Origin: a virus
Direction: 5' to 3' (one strand)
Virus record (IMG/VR): IMGVR_UViG_3300037193_001436
Span: 1-64,000 of that record
Length of the DNA stretch: 64,000 nucleotides
Below are positions 19,145 to 28,372 of the stretch, piece by piece; position 1 is the stretch's first letter, and each line of letters begins with the position of its first letter. A program made the translations under genes and the position numbers. A model generated the notes under the pieces. That model was not told the origin of the DNA and did not search any database. It saw nothing but the letters and a program-made list of their open reading frames with translations.

Positions 19145-19441
19145 TCAGTACGCCTCTTTGGTGTACTGGACGTCGTAGGTGTCAAGCTCGTGGCCGTGGT
19201 GCTTGGCCAGGACGTGGCCGACGTCTGTGGCGTTCTTCGCCTTACCCGCGTAGTCACCGAACTCATTCTCGACGTGCCACCGGCTGCCCTGCCGGGTGCC
19301 GATGCCGGACCAGCCGGTCGGGTGCTCCTTGGTTGCCGGACCGGTGACCAGCACCTTGCCCTTGTCGACCTGGTCGGCGTACACCGTCGGCCGACGCGTG
19401 AACTGCTCACCCAGGTTGCTCGGAGGAGTCGGCATGTCCAT
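19145..19441 (-). CDS. Hypothetical protein with N-terminal NLGEQF tag variant
   Basis: First gene of four-gene operon; leaderless (CAAGAT-N6-ATG). Confidence 0.7.
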   Translation of the reverse strand: MDMPTPPSNLGEQFTRRPTVYADQVDKGKVLVTGPATKEHPTGWSGIGTRQGSRWHVENEFGDYAGKAKNATDVGHVLAKHHGHELDTYDVQYTKEAY

Positions 19442-19657
19442 GCCTCAATCTTGCCCCGGACCCGGCTGTCCATGGTAGGTTCACCAACTGCTGGCCCTCG
19501 GATCCTTGCTCAGCAAGTCCGATGGTTGAAGTTCAAAGCAGTACCGTGCAACACAACTGCAAGACCAAGCCAAGTACCAAGTGCATAACCTCCTTTCTGG
19601 AATCCAAATTGCTCTTGGCGGACTGCGCGTGCATATGGGCCTTGTGCAATACAGGGA

Positions 19658-19840
19658 CTACTCGCGCCGGGGGCCAGCACCCTCCTCCTTGGTCATGGTC
19701 AGGTGGAAGGTCGCCCGCCACCCGGCCTTCTCGCACTCGCTGGCCAGCTCCCACAGGTGCCGTCCAAGCACCTCGGCGACCTCCTCGTTCGGCGGGATCG
19801 GCGCGTTGATGGTGATGGTGACCGAGTTGTGTTCAGCCAT
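19658..19840 (-). CDS. Hypothetical protein
   Basis: Small ORF in operon. Confidence 0.55.
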   Translation of the reverse strand: MAEHNSVTITINAPIPPNEEVAEVLGRHLWELASECEKAGWRATFHLTMTKEEGAGPRRE

Positions 19841-20270
19841 CCTGGTTCCCCTTCAGGTTGACGTACTCCGCTACCAGGTCTCGCAGGGCGTCAGCGGCGT
19901 TCTCCCGGCCTTTGCGGCCCATGTAGGCCCTAGGGTCCACCCGGCGTCCCATGCGCTCTGAGAGCTTGCTCAGCTCTTCGAACGGGTACGGGCGGTCCTC
20001 GGCCGGACAGCCGACACAGCGGCCGTCGTCGGCCAGCGCCACGTGGCCGTCACGGGCCATACAAGGCGTCATGTGGCTCCTGGCACGTGGACAGTCGACC
20101 GACCAGCGTTCACCGCTCACAGCGGCTCCTGTGACGTCTGGTGGCACGTAGCAGCTCGGCCTTCCGCTGGCAGGCGTAGGACAGTCGCATGTAGACGAAT
20201 GCCTCGAACTCGTGCCGGGCCGGATCGTCCTCGGCCAGCCCGGCGTACCAGGCCTGCATCTCGTCCCAGG

Positions 20271-20510
20271 TCACGTGTCCCCCAGCTCAACCGTGTCGCC
20301 ACTGATCAGCCCGGCGGAGCGGAGCTGGTCGGCGATCTCGGCCTCGGTGCGCCCGGCGATGATCACGATCTGCATCGGGGGCATGTCCGGCAGCTTGCCG
20401 ACGTCGATCGAGATCGGCTCCTTGGCCATCATCCTGGTGATGTTCTCGCCGGACAGCCCGAGCAGGAGCAGGGGCCTGCCGTCCTTCATCTTGCTGGTGG
20501 CCTTGATCAT
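20271..20510 (-). CDS. Phage hypothetical protein
   Basis: 'LLLLGLSGENITRM' motif; 4-bp overlap. Confidence 0.7.
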   Translation of the reverse strand: MIKATSKMKDGRPLLLLGLSGENITRMMAKEPISIDVGKLPDMPPMQIVIIAGRTEAEIADQLRSAGLISGDTVELGDT

Positions 20511-21052
20511 CGGTGGTTCACCAGGTCAGCCACGGCGTGGTGGGCGCGGTTCTCGTCGATGCCGACGCTGCCCACGAGTGAGCGGTAGTAGGCGTTGTCG
20601 AGGTTGGCTGCCTCCACAGCATCCAAGACGCCCAGGGCGTGTTCCTTGGCCTGCTCGATCGTCCAGTAGCCACTGGGTTCGTCGTTCTTCTCCAGGCCAG
20701 TCATCACCACCGGCACCGTCTTGCCGTCCTGCAGGCCGACGGCCGGGTGGAACATCATCGGAGCGGTTGCCTTGTGGTTGAGCGGTGGGAGGTCGTCGTG
20801 CAGGCCCAGCACGGTGTCCCGCGCGTCCTCTCGCGTGAGACCCAACGTCTCGGTCATCTGACGCATGATCGCGGCCATGTGCTCGGCCCGCGCGACGGCG
20901 GTGTACAGGCCTGCTGCGTAGGCCAGCGCCCGGTCGGGGGTCAGGGTGCGCTTGTAGCCGTCACTGGTCTCCAGGACCACCACGTAGCGTGCGACGTCCC
21001 ATTCCGTCTTGACCCACACCTCGGTGACTTCGTCCTGCTGCTGTTCTGTCAT
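20507..21052 (-). CDS. Hypothetical protein
   Basis: TATGCT -10-like hexamer just upstream. Confidence 0.75.
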   Translation of the reverse strand: MTEQQQDEVTEVWVKTEWDVARYVVVLETSDGYKRTLTPDRALAYAAGLYTAVARAEHMAAIMRQMTETLGLTREDARDTVLGLHDDLPPLNHKATAPMMFHPAVGLQDGKTVPVVMTGLEKNDEPSGYWTIEQAKEHALGVLDAVEAANLDNAYYRSLVGSVGIDENRAHHAVADLVNHR

Positions 21053-21110
21053 GGGAGCACAGCATAGGGTGTTCGACCCGTCACCCCGCAGTTGTTACAC
21101 GCCGGGCATG

Positions 21111-21140
21111 ACAAAGCCCCCGACCGTCAGATCGGGGGCT
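21111..21140 (-). terminator. Intrinsic terminator
   Basis: GC-rich hairpin AGCCCCGATC...GGTCGGGGGCT followed by TTTGT on - strand, after gene ending 21154. Confidence 0.7.
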
Positions 21141-21153
21141 CTGCTGGAGACCG

Positions 21154-22542
21154 TCAGGCGCGGCCGTCGATGCGCAGGCCGAGCAGGTACAGCGGGTCGG
21201 CGTACTGGGTGTCGGTGGCGGCGTAGAGGCCCCACTGCTCGTCGATCCAGTCATCGCCCGACTTGCGGTAGTCGACCCGGCGGGTGACGGCCTCGATCAG
21301 CCCGTCGCCGTGCGTGATGTAGAGCTTGGGCAGGTGGCTGTCGTCGCCGTGCCCGTAAGCGATCTCGGTCAGGATCTTCCGCAGCTTCTCGACCCCGGTC
21401 TCGACCATGCCGTGTGGCCAGACCATGACCGGTGTGATCTCGCGGGCAGCCTCGTCCTGGATCACGGTCTCGTAGACCACCTCGGCGTGCTCGGCGGCCG
21501 TGGTCTCCTCGTCCTCATCCGGCAGGCTGTCACCGTCGAACCCGGCGACCAGGTAGAGGCAGCGGGTGCAGATCCACGGGTAGTCCTTCAGCTCCTGGTC
21601 CGTCGTCACGTCCTCGGCCGTTGTCGGGCGCAGGAGGCCGCCGCTGCAGCGCCAGTGCGTGGGCTGCTTCGGCTCCTCGCCGGGCTCGGTGACCGTGTCG
21701 GTCTTCGGAGCGGCCAGGACCTCGGCGGCCTGCTGGTCGCGGACCTGCTGGTAGCCCCGGCGGAAGGCCAGCATAATCCGGGTGTTGACCGGGTCACCGA
21801 CCACACGGCCCTCCAGGGCTGCCTGGACCTTGGCGTTGAGGGCCGGAGCGGCGGACTCGTCGGCGAGAGCGGCCTGGCGGCCGATCTCCTCGAACTCGAA
21901 GACCTGCCGGTACGCCTCGGCGGTCGCGCCGGTCAGCTCCGTGCGGTAGATGGCGGCGTAGCGGTTCGACCGCAGCCAGAACAGACCCTGCTGGTACTCC
22001 TCGTCGGTGCCCCCGAACTCCGCCGCGACGGCCTCGGAGAGGTTCGGGATGAGCGAGCCGTCCTTGTCGGGGTCGGTGGCCTGCCCGGCTTCGAGCGCCT
22101 GCTCGAAGGTGGCGAAGTGCCGGACCCGGGGGCCGTCGGTGTGGTTGGTGACCAGCTTGTAGATGGTCAGGGAGTTCAGGCTGGCCAGGTGCGCGATCGC
22201 CTCGGCCTTGTCAGTCCAGCGCTCGGACTGCTTGGTGCCGATCGGGCTCAGCACGACCCAGTAGCCCTTGGTCTCCGGGTCGCGGCCGACGCGGCGGCCC
22301 TGCGAGTCGCGCAGGCCGTTGGCCAGCTCGTAGGCCTCCAGCAGGTGCGCCGACGCCATGTAGCGCGTGCTCCCGTTCCCGCCACGCGGGCGGTCGTCCA
22401 GGTCGTAAGCGTTCCAGCCGGACGCGGTGCGAACGACCGTGCCGATAACGGTGCGGTTGGCGTCGTCCCGCAGGAGGACGTTGTACACGTCCTTGTCGTT
22501 GGTGGCGGCGAACTTGACCTCGGCGGTGATGTCGATGCTCAT
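21154..22542 (-). CDS. Multi-domain hypothetical protein (putative early gene)
   Basis: 462 aa; preceded by repeated promoter cassette. Confidence 0.8.
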   Translation of the reverse strand: MSIDITAEVKFAATNDKDVYNVLLRDDANRTVIGTVVRTASGWNAYDLDDRPRGGNGSTRYMASAHLLEAYELANGLRDSQGRRVGRDPETKGYWVVLSPIGTKQSERWTDKAEAIAHLASLNSLTIYKLVTNHTDGPRVRHFATFEQALEAGQATDPDKDGSLIPNLSEAVAAEFGGTDEEYQQGLFWLRSNRYAAIYRTELTGATAEAYRQVFEFEEIGRQAALADESAAPALNAKVQAALEGRVVGDPVNTRIMLAFRRGYQQVRDQQAAEVLAAPKTDTVTEPGEEPKQPTHWRCSGGLLRPTTAEDVTTDQELKDYPWICTRCLYLVAGFDGDSLPDEDEETTAAEHAEVVYETVIQDEAAREITPVMVWPHGMVETGVEKLRKILTEIAYGHGDDSHLPKLYITHGDGLIEAVTRRVDYRKSGDDWIDEQWGLYAATDTQYADPLYLLGLRIDGRA

Positions 22543-22555
22543 GGTGTGCTCCCGT

Positions 22556-22614
22556 GCGTGGTGGTTGAAGCACCATCATCGCACGGGAGCTAGCCATGTG
22601 TCTACTTGACTAGC
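22556..22614 (-). promoter_or_regulatory. Repeated hairpin-promoter cassette, copy 1
   Basis: - strand GCTAGTCA-AGTAGACACA-TGGCTAGC...CCACCACGC then GGGAG RBS. Confidence 0.75.
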
Positions 22615-23411
22615 GCAGGCTTCCGAAGCAGGAAGTACGCGTACCGCTCGTCCAGCTCGTTGCGGGGCACCAGGTAGACCCCCAGCGGCTCGAAGCCGAC
22701 GTCGACCATCAGCTCCCAGAACTCGTGGATCGGGTACGTCGTCATGCTGGCCGCGATCGAGCGGCGGTACCGGCGGCCCCGGCTGCGGGTGCGCCAGGAG
22801 CCGGTGTCGTACTTGATCTGGACGAAGGCCAGGCCGTCGTCGTTCAGCATCTGGTGGGCCAGCGTCATGATGTCGAGGCCGTGCTCCTGGCTCGGGACCA
22901 GCTCCAGCACGTACAGGCACAGGAACAGGTCGGCCTTGCCGATCTCCTGCCACGCCCGGCCCGGGTGTTCCATGTCCAGCACGACCGGCACGAACGGCGA
23001 GCCGGTGGACTGGGCGACCTGATAGGCGGCCTCGTCCACGATCTCCTGGGTCAGGTCGACCCCGTAGAACTTCTGCCCCAGCGGCGAGAACGCGACCGCG
23101 TTGGACCCGCCTCCGACACCCCACTCGACGATGCTCGGGTACCTCGGCTCGACGTTGACCACGCCCGGGGCCGACAGCATCTGCTTGAACAGCGCCAGGT
23201 GGTCACGGCCGACCTGCTCCCAGGCTCCGTCCCGCATGGCCGAGCCGGAGCGGGTGTGGGTCTGGTTCTGCAGGTCGTCGTCCTGCTGGCTGGTCCAGAA
23301 CCGCTTGGAGTCCCCGATCCGCTTGGACTCCGAGTCGGCGAAACCCATGCTGGTCAGGACCCGGTCAGCGGTGTCGCTGGCCCAGCCCTTCATCTCCCCC
23401 ACGATGCTCAT
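22602..23411 (-). CDS. Class I SAM-dependent methyltransferase
   Basis: 'IVEWGVGGGS...FYGVDL...DLFLCLYVLE...LNDDG'. Confidence 0.8.
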   Translation of the reverse strand: MSIVGEMKGWASDTADRVLTSMGFADSESKRIGDSKRFWTSQQDDDLQNQTHTRSGSAMRDGAWEQVGRDHLALFKQMLSAPGVVNVEPRYPSIVEWGVGGGSNAVAFSPLGQKFYGVDLTQEIVDEAAYQVAQSTGSPFVPVVLDMEHPGRAWQEIGKADLFLCLYVLELVPSQEHGLDIMTLAHQMLNDDGLAFVQIKYDTGSWRTRSRGRRYRRSIAASMTTYPIHEFWELMVDVGFEPLGVYLVPRNELDERYAYFLLRKPALVK

Positions 23412-23481
23412 TCGTTTCCTCCCCTTTGATGGTGTGCAACTTCCTACAGAGCGCCGAACAGCGCCCGGTGATACAGGTCAA

Positions 23482-24102
23482 TCAGACGTAGTACTCCAAC
23501 GCCTTGATCAGGTGCTCGTTGCGGCGGATCCAGCGCGCGGTGACGCGGTGCGCGAACAGGTCGGTCGAGTTGTCCTCCAGGGCGTCCAGGGCGCGGAGGG
23601 TGGCCTCCTCGGCGACGTACCGGATCGCGTCCAGTGGCTCGCGCTTGTTCGGGCCGGTGACCTCGGCCACCCGCAGCCACAGGAAGTGCATGACCCTGAT
23701 CTGCTTGACCAGGTTCATCGCCGCTTCCAACGAGGAGATGTCGTTGCCCTTGGCAAGGTTGCCGACCGCGTCCAGCGCCTCGCGCAGCCGCGTCTGGATG
23801 GTGGTGACGCTGTCGACGATCTCCGACTCCCGGCTCTCCAGGTGCATCAGGCGGTTGTACTCCTTGACCTCCTGGCGGTCCTCCCAGCGGTGCTTGACGG
23901 CGTCCTCGATCAGCTCAGCCTTCGAGTAGGACTCGTGGATGGCGACGTCGCCGGTCGCCATGAGCTGGGCCTTGGTCAGGACCTGCAGCAGCGCGGTCTC
24001 GGTCCGGTAGAACTCGTCCTTCGTGCCCTCGACCTCGACGCGGTAGGCCTCGAAGCGGTCGCGAGCCGGACGGTGGGTGATCGCAACGGTCTTGGTGGTC
24101 AT
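23482..24102 (-). CDS. Hypothetical protein
   Basis: CCACCACGCA box and AGGAG RBS. Confidence 0.75.
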   Translation of the reverse strand: MTTKTVAITHRPARDRFEAYRVEVEGTKDEFYRTETALLQVLTKAQLMATGDVAIHESYSKAELIEDAVKHRWEDRQEVKEYNRLMHLESRESEIVDSVTTIQTRLREALDAVGNLAKGNDISSLEAAMNLVKQIRVMHFLWLRVAEVTGPNKREPLDAIRYVAEEATLRALDALEDNSTDLFAHRVTARWIRRNEHLIKALEYYV

Positions 24103-24185
24103 GGTGTGCTCCTGATGCGTGGTGGTGGTCTGAGTAAAGCAGGGGCTGTACCGGCCGGGGCGAGCCGGTACCTCCCCCTCCCGAC

Positions 24186-25169
24186 TCAGGCGGCCTGGCG
24201 CTCCTGGTGGCTCTCTGCGGCCTCGGGAGCGTCGGTGGAGTCCTCCTGGGCCTCGACGGCCGGAGAGCGCCCCAGGATGAGGTCTGCGGCCCGCTGGGCG
24301 GCACCGGCGGCCACGACCACGGCCTTCGGGTCTTCCTTGATCTCGCGGACCCAGCCCGCCAGGTACGCGGCGCTGTTCTCCAGGGCGGTCTCGATGCCGG
24401 TCTCGGCCTGCAGGAAGGCCGAGGTCATCTCGGCGACCAGCTCCTCGCGGCCGTACTCGTGGTCACCGAAGTTCTGCCCGAACTTCCGGGCCAGCCGGGA
24501 CTCGTGGCCGGTGCTGTGGCCCATCTCGTGGAACAGGGTCGCGTAGTACTCGTCGCCGTTGGCGTACGCGGTCCGCTCGGGGACAGTGACGATGTCGGTG
24601 ACCGTGTTGTAGAACGCCCGGTCGCCGCCGTGACGCAGCTTCGGCCCGTTCTCGAAGTAGGCCGCGATGATCGCCTCGGCCGACTCGATCGGCTCGTGCT
24701 CGTGACCCTCGTCGGCCTGCCAGTCGGCAACCCGCTTGGGGAGCTTGACGTCGTCGGTCTGCTCCAGGTTGAACACGATGTAGTGCCGGAGCATAGGGAT
24801 GGTCTTCTTGACCGGCTTGCCGGTGGCCTCGTCGATCTCGGTCTTGGTGAACGTCTTCCAGAACACGACCAGCGTGCCCTTTTCGCCCTTGCGGACCGAG
24901 CCGCCGCGCTCCTTGGCCTGGTTGAAGGTCAGCCAGAACGGCGAGCTGTAGCCGCCCTCCATCGCCGCGATGGCGAGCAGCAGGACGTTGACGCCACGGT
25001 ATGGGCGGCCGTCCAGGTTCTGCGGGCGGCCGGAGCGGGAGTTCCACGGCTTGCGCCACGGCGCGGTCCCGGCCTCCAGCGCGGCCACCATCTTGTCGGT
25101 GACCTCCTGGTAGATGTCGCGCTTCGGCGCGTCGGCGGTCTTACGGGTCTTGCGGGTCGTGCGGGCCAT
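24186..25169 (-). CDS. ardC: ArdC-family antirestriction ssDNA-binding/zincin protein
   Basis: 'DIYQEVTDKMVAALEAGTAPWRKPW', 'YRGVN', 'WLTFNQAKERGGSVRKGEKG', 'YYATLFHEMGHSTGH', 'YGREELVAE'. Confidence 0.93.
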   Translation of the reverse strand: MARTTRKTRKTADAPKRDIYQEVTDKMVAALEAGTAPWRKPWNSRSGRPQNLDGRPYRGVNVLLLAIAAMEGGYSSPFWLTFNQAKERGGSVRKGEKGTLVVFWKTFTKTEIDEATGKPVKKTIPMLRHYIVFNLEQTDDVKLPKRVADWQADEGHEHEPIESAEAIIAAYFENGPKLRHGGDRAFYNTVTDIVTVPERTAYANGDEYYATLFHEMGHSTGHESRLARKFGQNFGDHEYGREELVAEMTSAFLQAETGIETALENSAAYLAGWVREIKEDPKAVVVAAGAAQRAADLILGRSPAVEAQEDSTDAPEAAESHQERQAA

Positions 25170-25185
25170 GGTGCGCTCCCTCAGT

Positions 25186-25254
25186 GCGTGGTGGTTGTGG
25201 CACAAGTAAAGCATGGGTGCGAGTCATGTGTCTACTTGACTCACACCCATGCTT
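25186..25254 (-). promoter_or_regulatory. Repeated hairpin-promoter cassette, copy 2
   Basis: 18-bp inverted repeat AAGCATGGGTGCGAGTCA/TGACTCACACCCATGCTT around TGTGTCTACT (TAGACA on - strand). Confidence 0.8.
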
Positions 25255-25267
25255 CGAGGGCGTGGAT

Positions 25268-25795
25268 TCAGCGGCCTGCCCGCATCACGATGAGGTTGTC
25301 GACGTTGGTGACTCCCGGTACACGGGCAGCGGTGTACCCACCGGCCTGCAGCGCCCGGATGTACTCGGAGATGCGCTCGTTGCCGTACTTCACGGTGGCC
25401 TGGATCTGGGTGACATCGGGGTGCCGGACGTACCTGATGTGCACGACGCCCCGGGTGGTCCCCGGCTCGGCCTTGTACCCCCAGTGACTACTCCACCCGG
25501 CCTCGGTCATCCCGGCCTCGCGCAACACCCGGCGGACCATGTTGGTCATCCCGGCGTTGCGCTGCCCCTCCTTCGCGTCCTCGATCTCCTCCAGGACCTT
25601 CGCGCCCTCCTCGGTCAGGTTCTCCTTGCGATGAGGACCCTCGACCAGACCCCGGCGGCGCAGCGCCATGACCGACTGGTACGCGCCTCCGCGCTCCGAC
25701 ATGCCGTGGAAGCCGGTCGCCGCGTGGAAGTTGTAGTCCCGGATGTTGCGCAGGCACAGGATCATGGTCGAGGTCAGCTTGGTTGCCTTAGGCAT
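25268..25795 (-). CDS. Hypothetical protein with winged-helix-like N-terminus
   Basis: 'SVMALRRRGLVE...LTEEG'. Confidence 0.65.
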   Translation of the reverse strand: MPKATKLTSTMILCLRNIRDYNFHAATGFHGMSERGGAYQSVMALRRRGLVEGPHRKENLTEEGAKVLEEIEDAKEGQRNAGMTNMVRRVLREAGMTEAGWSSHWGYKAEPGTTRGVVHIRYVRHPDVTQIQATVKYGNERISEYIRALQAGGYTAARVPGVTNVDNLIVMRAGR

Positions 25796-26299
25796 CTACT
25801 CCGCCTCCTCGTAGTTCACGACGAACTCACCGGTGCGGTACTGCGCCATGAGGTCGCGGACCGGCCAGAACACCTCCCAGCCAACCCGGAGGGTGACCCA
25901 CAGGTAGCCGTTGCGGAGGTCGTCGTCGTTGCCCAGTCGAGCGCCGTTGGTGTCGGCGACGATGGCGCGGGCGGTGCCGGAGAACACCTTGCCGTTGACC
26001 AGGCGACCGACCTTGGCGTTGGTAGTCGCGGCCTGCAGGACCCCGGCGATCGCGCTGGCGTCAGCGGCGGTCAGGAGACCGGCCAGGTCGTACTTGGTCT
26101 CGGCGACGGCGATCCGGGCTGCGATGCTGCCGTGGTAGGCACCGATGTACAGCTCCAGGTCCTTCCGGCCCTGGGTGTTCGTGCCGTCGGCCATGCTCTG
26201 GGCCAGCTCGACCAGCCCAACCAGCTCGGAACGGGCCGAGGTCAGCAGCTCGGTGATGGTCATGTCGCCGTACTTGCGGCCGGTGGTGGTGTCGGACAT
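25796..26299 (-). CDS. Hypothetical protein
   Basis: AAGGAG RBS and promoter cassette upstream. Confidence 0.75.
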   Translation of the reverse strand: MSDTTTGRKYGDMTITELLTSARSELVGLVELAQSMADGTNTQGRKDLELYIGAYHGSIAARIAVAETKYDLAGLLTAADASAIAGVLQAATTNAKVGRLVNGKVFSGTARAIVADTNGARLGNDDDLRNGYLWVTLRVGWEVFWPVRDLMAQYRTGEFVVNYEEAE

Positions 26300-26313
26300 C
26301 AGGTGCTCCTTGG

Positions 26314-26373
26314 TGCGTGGTGGTTGAAGCACCAGTAAAGCACCGCCGCCAGTCATGTGTCCACTTGGCTCGC
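26314..26373 (-). promoter_or_regulatory. Repeated promoter cassette, copy 3
   Basis: + strand GCGTGGTGGTTGAAGCACCAGTAAAGC...AGTCATGTGTCCACTTGGCTC. Confidence 0.75.
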
Positions 26374-26378
26374 AGGGG

Positions 26379-27035
26379 TCAGCTCGCGACGCAGAGCACC
26401 GCGCTTTTCGGCCCCTCGCTGGTCAGCACCATGACGGTCTGCTGGGCGGTTCCCTCGGGGCAGGTCGGCCCCGGTTCACCCTGGGGTCCCGGCGGCCCGT
26501 CCTTCCCGTCGGCACCGTCCTTCCCATCAGCTCCCGGCTGGCCGTCGACCCCGTCCTTACCGGGTGGTCCTGGCGGGCCGACAGCGCCGTCTACGCCGTC
26601 CTTTCCGTCCACCCCCGGCGTGCCGTCGGCACCCGGCTTCCCAGCGGCTCCAGCGGGCCCCTGAGCGCCCTGACAGGCTCCCGGGAGCAGGATGCAAGGC
26701 GGAGTCCTCCCGGCCAGTCCCATCGGCCCACGGGGGCCCTGAGGGCCGGGCGGACCGGGAATGCCCTGGGGGCCGATCGGGCCCTGGATCCCGGGGTCAC
26801 CCTGGGCACCCTGCGGGCCGGGGACCGGGCTCGGGATCTCGGTCGGGTTGACCACCGGCGTCTTGCCAAGGCTCTGCACCTGCCGGGCCAGCGCCTGCGC
26901 CTGCTGGCTGGCGGTCTGCTGGCTGGTGGTGATCGCGACCAGGTCCCGGCGGTTCTGGTACTGCAGCCAGAGCACGCCGCCGATGGCGAGCAGGACGAAC
27001 AGCGCCAGCAGGGGGCGGAAGAGACGTTGCCGCAT
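26379..27035 (-). CDS. Collagen-like (Gly-X-Y) membrane-anchored protein
   Basis: N-terminal TM, long GPQ/GKD/GPP triplets. Confidence 0.9.
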   Translation of the reverse strand: MRQRLFRPLLALFVLLAIGGVLWLQYQNRRDLVAITTSQQTASQQAQALARQVQSLGKTPVVNPTEIPSPVPGPQGAQGDPGIQGPIGPQGIPGPPGPQGPRGPMGLAGRTPPCILLPGACQGAQGPAGAAGKPGADGTPGVDGKDGVDGAVGPPGPPGKDGVDGQPGADGKDGADGKDGPPGPQGEPGPTCPEGTAQQTVMVLTSEGPKSAVLCVAS

Positions 27036-27037
27036 GA

Positions 27038-27478
27038 CTACCTAGTGGGTGTGACAGTGCCGGGCGGAATGGTCGGGAGGTTGTTACAGTCGCGCGGTGC
27101 GTAGACAGTGGCGATGTAGCCCCTGAAGGCCGCGATCTGTTTCTTCTGATACGCAGTCAGGTTGGGGTTCTCACTGGACAGGTCGAGCACGTACGTCCAG
27201 AGCTGGGTCTGCAGCCGTCGGCCCTCGTTGCCGGTCTCGCAGGTGATCTTGGCGGTCTCCGCGTTGCGGCGGGACTGGCTGGTTGCCTCCTTGGCCTGCA
27301 GGCTGGCGGCGACCGCGAATCCTGCCGAGGCCAGCGCGATGACAATCGCCGCGACCAGGCCCCAGATCATGTGGCGGTTGCGCTCACCATAGGTGCGCAA
27401 GGCAACGACCTCCCCAGCCAACCTGTTCATCGAGCGCTCCAGACGCTCGGCAGCCTCCAGCGGGTCGGTCTCAGTCAT
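27038..27478 (-). CDS. Membrane protein
   Basis: Single TM, Cys pair. Confidence 0.75.
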   Translation of the reverse strand: MTETDPLEAAERLERSMNRLAGEVVALRTYGERNRHMIWGLVAAIVIALASAGFAVAASLQAKEATSQSRRNAETAKITCETGNEGRRLQTQLWTYVLDLSSENPNLTAYQKKQIAAFRGYIATVYAPRDCNNLPTIPPGTVTPTR

Positions 27479-27656
27479 GGTCGGCCGACCTCTCCCGCAG
27501 CATGGTCGACATCTGCTTCACCACCACGTCCAACTCCTCCAGGATCAGGTCTGCTCTTGCTGTCAGTCGGGCGACAGTCAGATCCTCTGCAGGTGTCGAC
27601 CCGGGCTTGGCTGGCTTGCTTGCCCTGTGCAACCAGTTCATCCACCACCTCGTCAT
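27471..27656 (-). CDS. Small hypothetical protein
   Basis: Overlaps in operon. Confidence 0.55.
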   Translation of the reverse strand: MTRWWMNWLHRASKPAKPGSTPAEDLTVARLTARADLILEELDVVVKQMSTMLRERSADHD

Positions 27657-27838
27657 GGCTCGCCTCCCCCGCCCACAGATTGCAGATGCTCCGACATCTC
27701 CTTCAGAACCTCGTGTAGCTGCCCGAGCAGATCCTCGGCTCGCCGCGTCAGCCGGTCGACCTCTTCGGTCGTGAACTCAGGAGCCTCGCCGCCTGCGTCC
27801 CTGGCCTTGCGCGGGTCTTTCCGGTGGCGGGAGTTCAT
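27653..27838 (-). CDS. Small hypothetical protein
   Basis: Overlaps in operon. Confidence 0.55.
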   Translation of the reverse strand: MNSRHRKDPRKARDAGGEAPEFTTEEVDRLTRRAEDLLGQLHEVLKEMSEHLQSVGGGGEP

Positions 27839-28184
27839 TGCGTGAGCCGCCTTGCTGCTGCTGCAGGAACTGCTGCAGGATCGGGATCATCTGCTGGAGT
27901 TGCTGGAGCTGCTGCAGGATCGGGAGCAGGGATCGGGTGGTGTTGATGAAGTCGCCGACCACCGGCAGCAGCTTTTCCTGGAGGACCTGGGCCATCGCAT
28001 CGCGCTGGGCCTCGGCTTTCTCCCGCTCGGCGATCGCCCGGTCGCGCTCCTGCTCCAGCCGGTCGACCGACGGCTTGGTCCACAGCCAGCCGGTGATCAA
28101 GCTCAGCACGACCAGGCCCAGCACCCCGAAGTTGACGTACGTCGAGATGTCTCCCAGGGGGTCTGCGGCAGCAAGTGGGGTCAA
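27777..28184 (-). CDS. Membrane protein with coiled coil (holin-like)
   Basis: TM 'FGVLGLVVLSLITGWLW' then coiled coil, as in actinophage lysis-cassette membrane proteins. Confidence 0.6.
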   Translation of the reverse strand: MTPLAAADPLGDISTYVNFGVLGLVVLSLITGWLWTKPSVDRLEQERDRAIAEREKAEAQRDAMAQVLQEKLLPVVGDFINTTRSLLPILQQLQQLQQMIPILQQFLQQQQGGSRNELPPPERPAQGQGRRRRGS

Positions 28185-28372
28185 GGCATGTCACCGGGTG
28201 CTCTCCATGCCTCCAATTGTCGAAGGCTGGGCCCGGTGAGTGTGAGTTGTTGTTCGGTCAGTAGCGTTACCGAATCGAATCGGCCGCGACACGAGACATT
28301 GACGTAGTTGTTGTTCTAGTGTCCCTTGCTAAGCGTCACGGGGTCACTACGAAGTCGTAGGAGAGGGACCAC

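Noticed and set aside
26420-26830. Repetitive GC-rich DNA as a tandem repeat or mobile element
   Set aside because: Explained by Gly-X-Y collagen codons.
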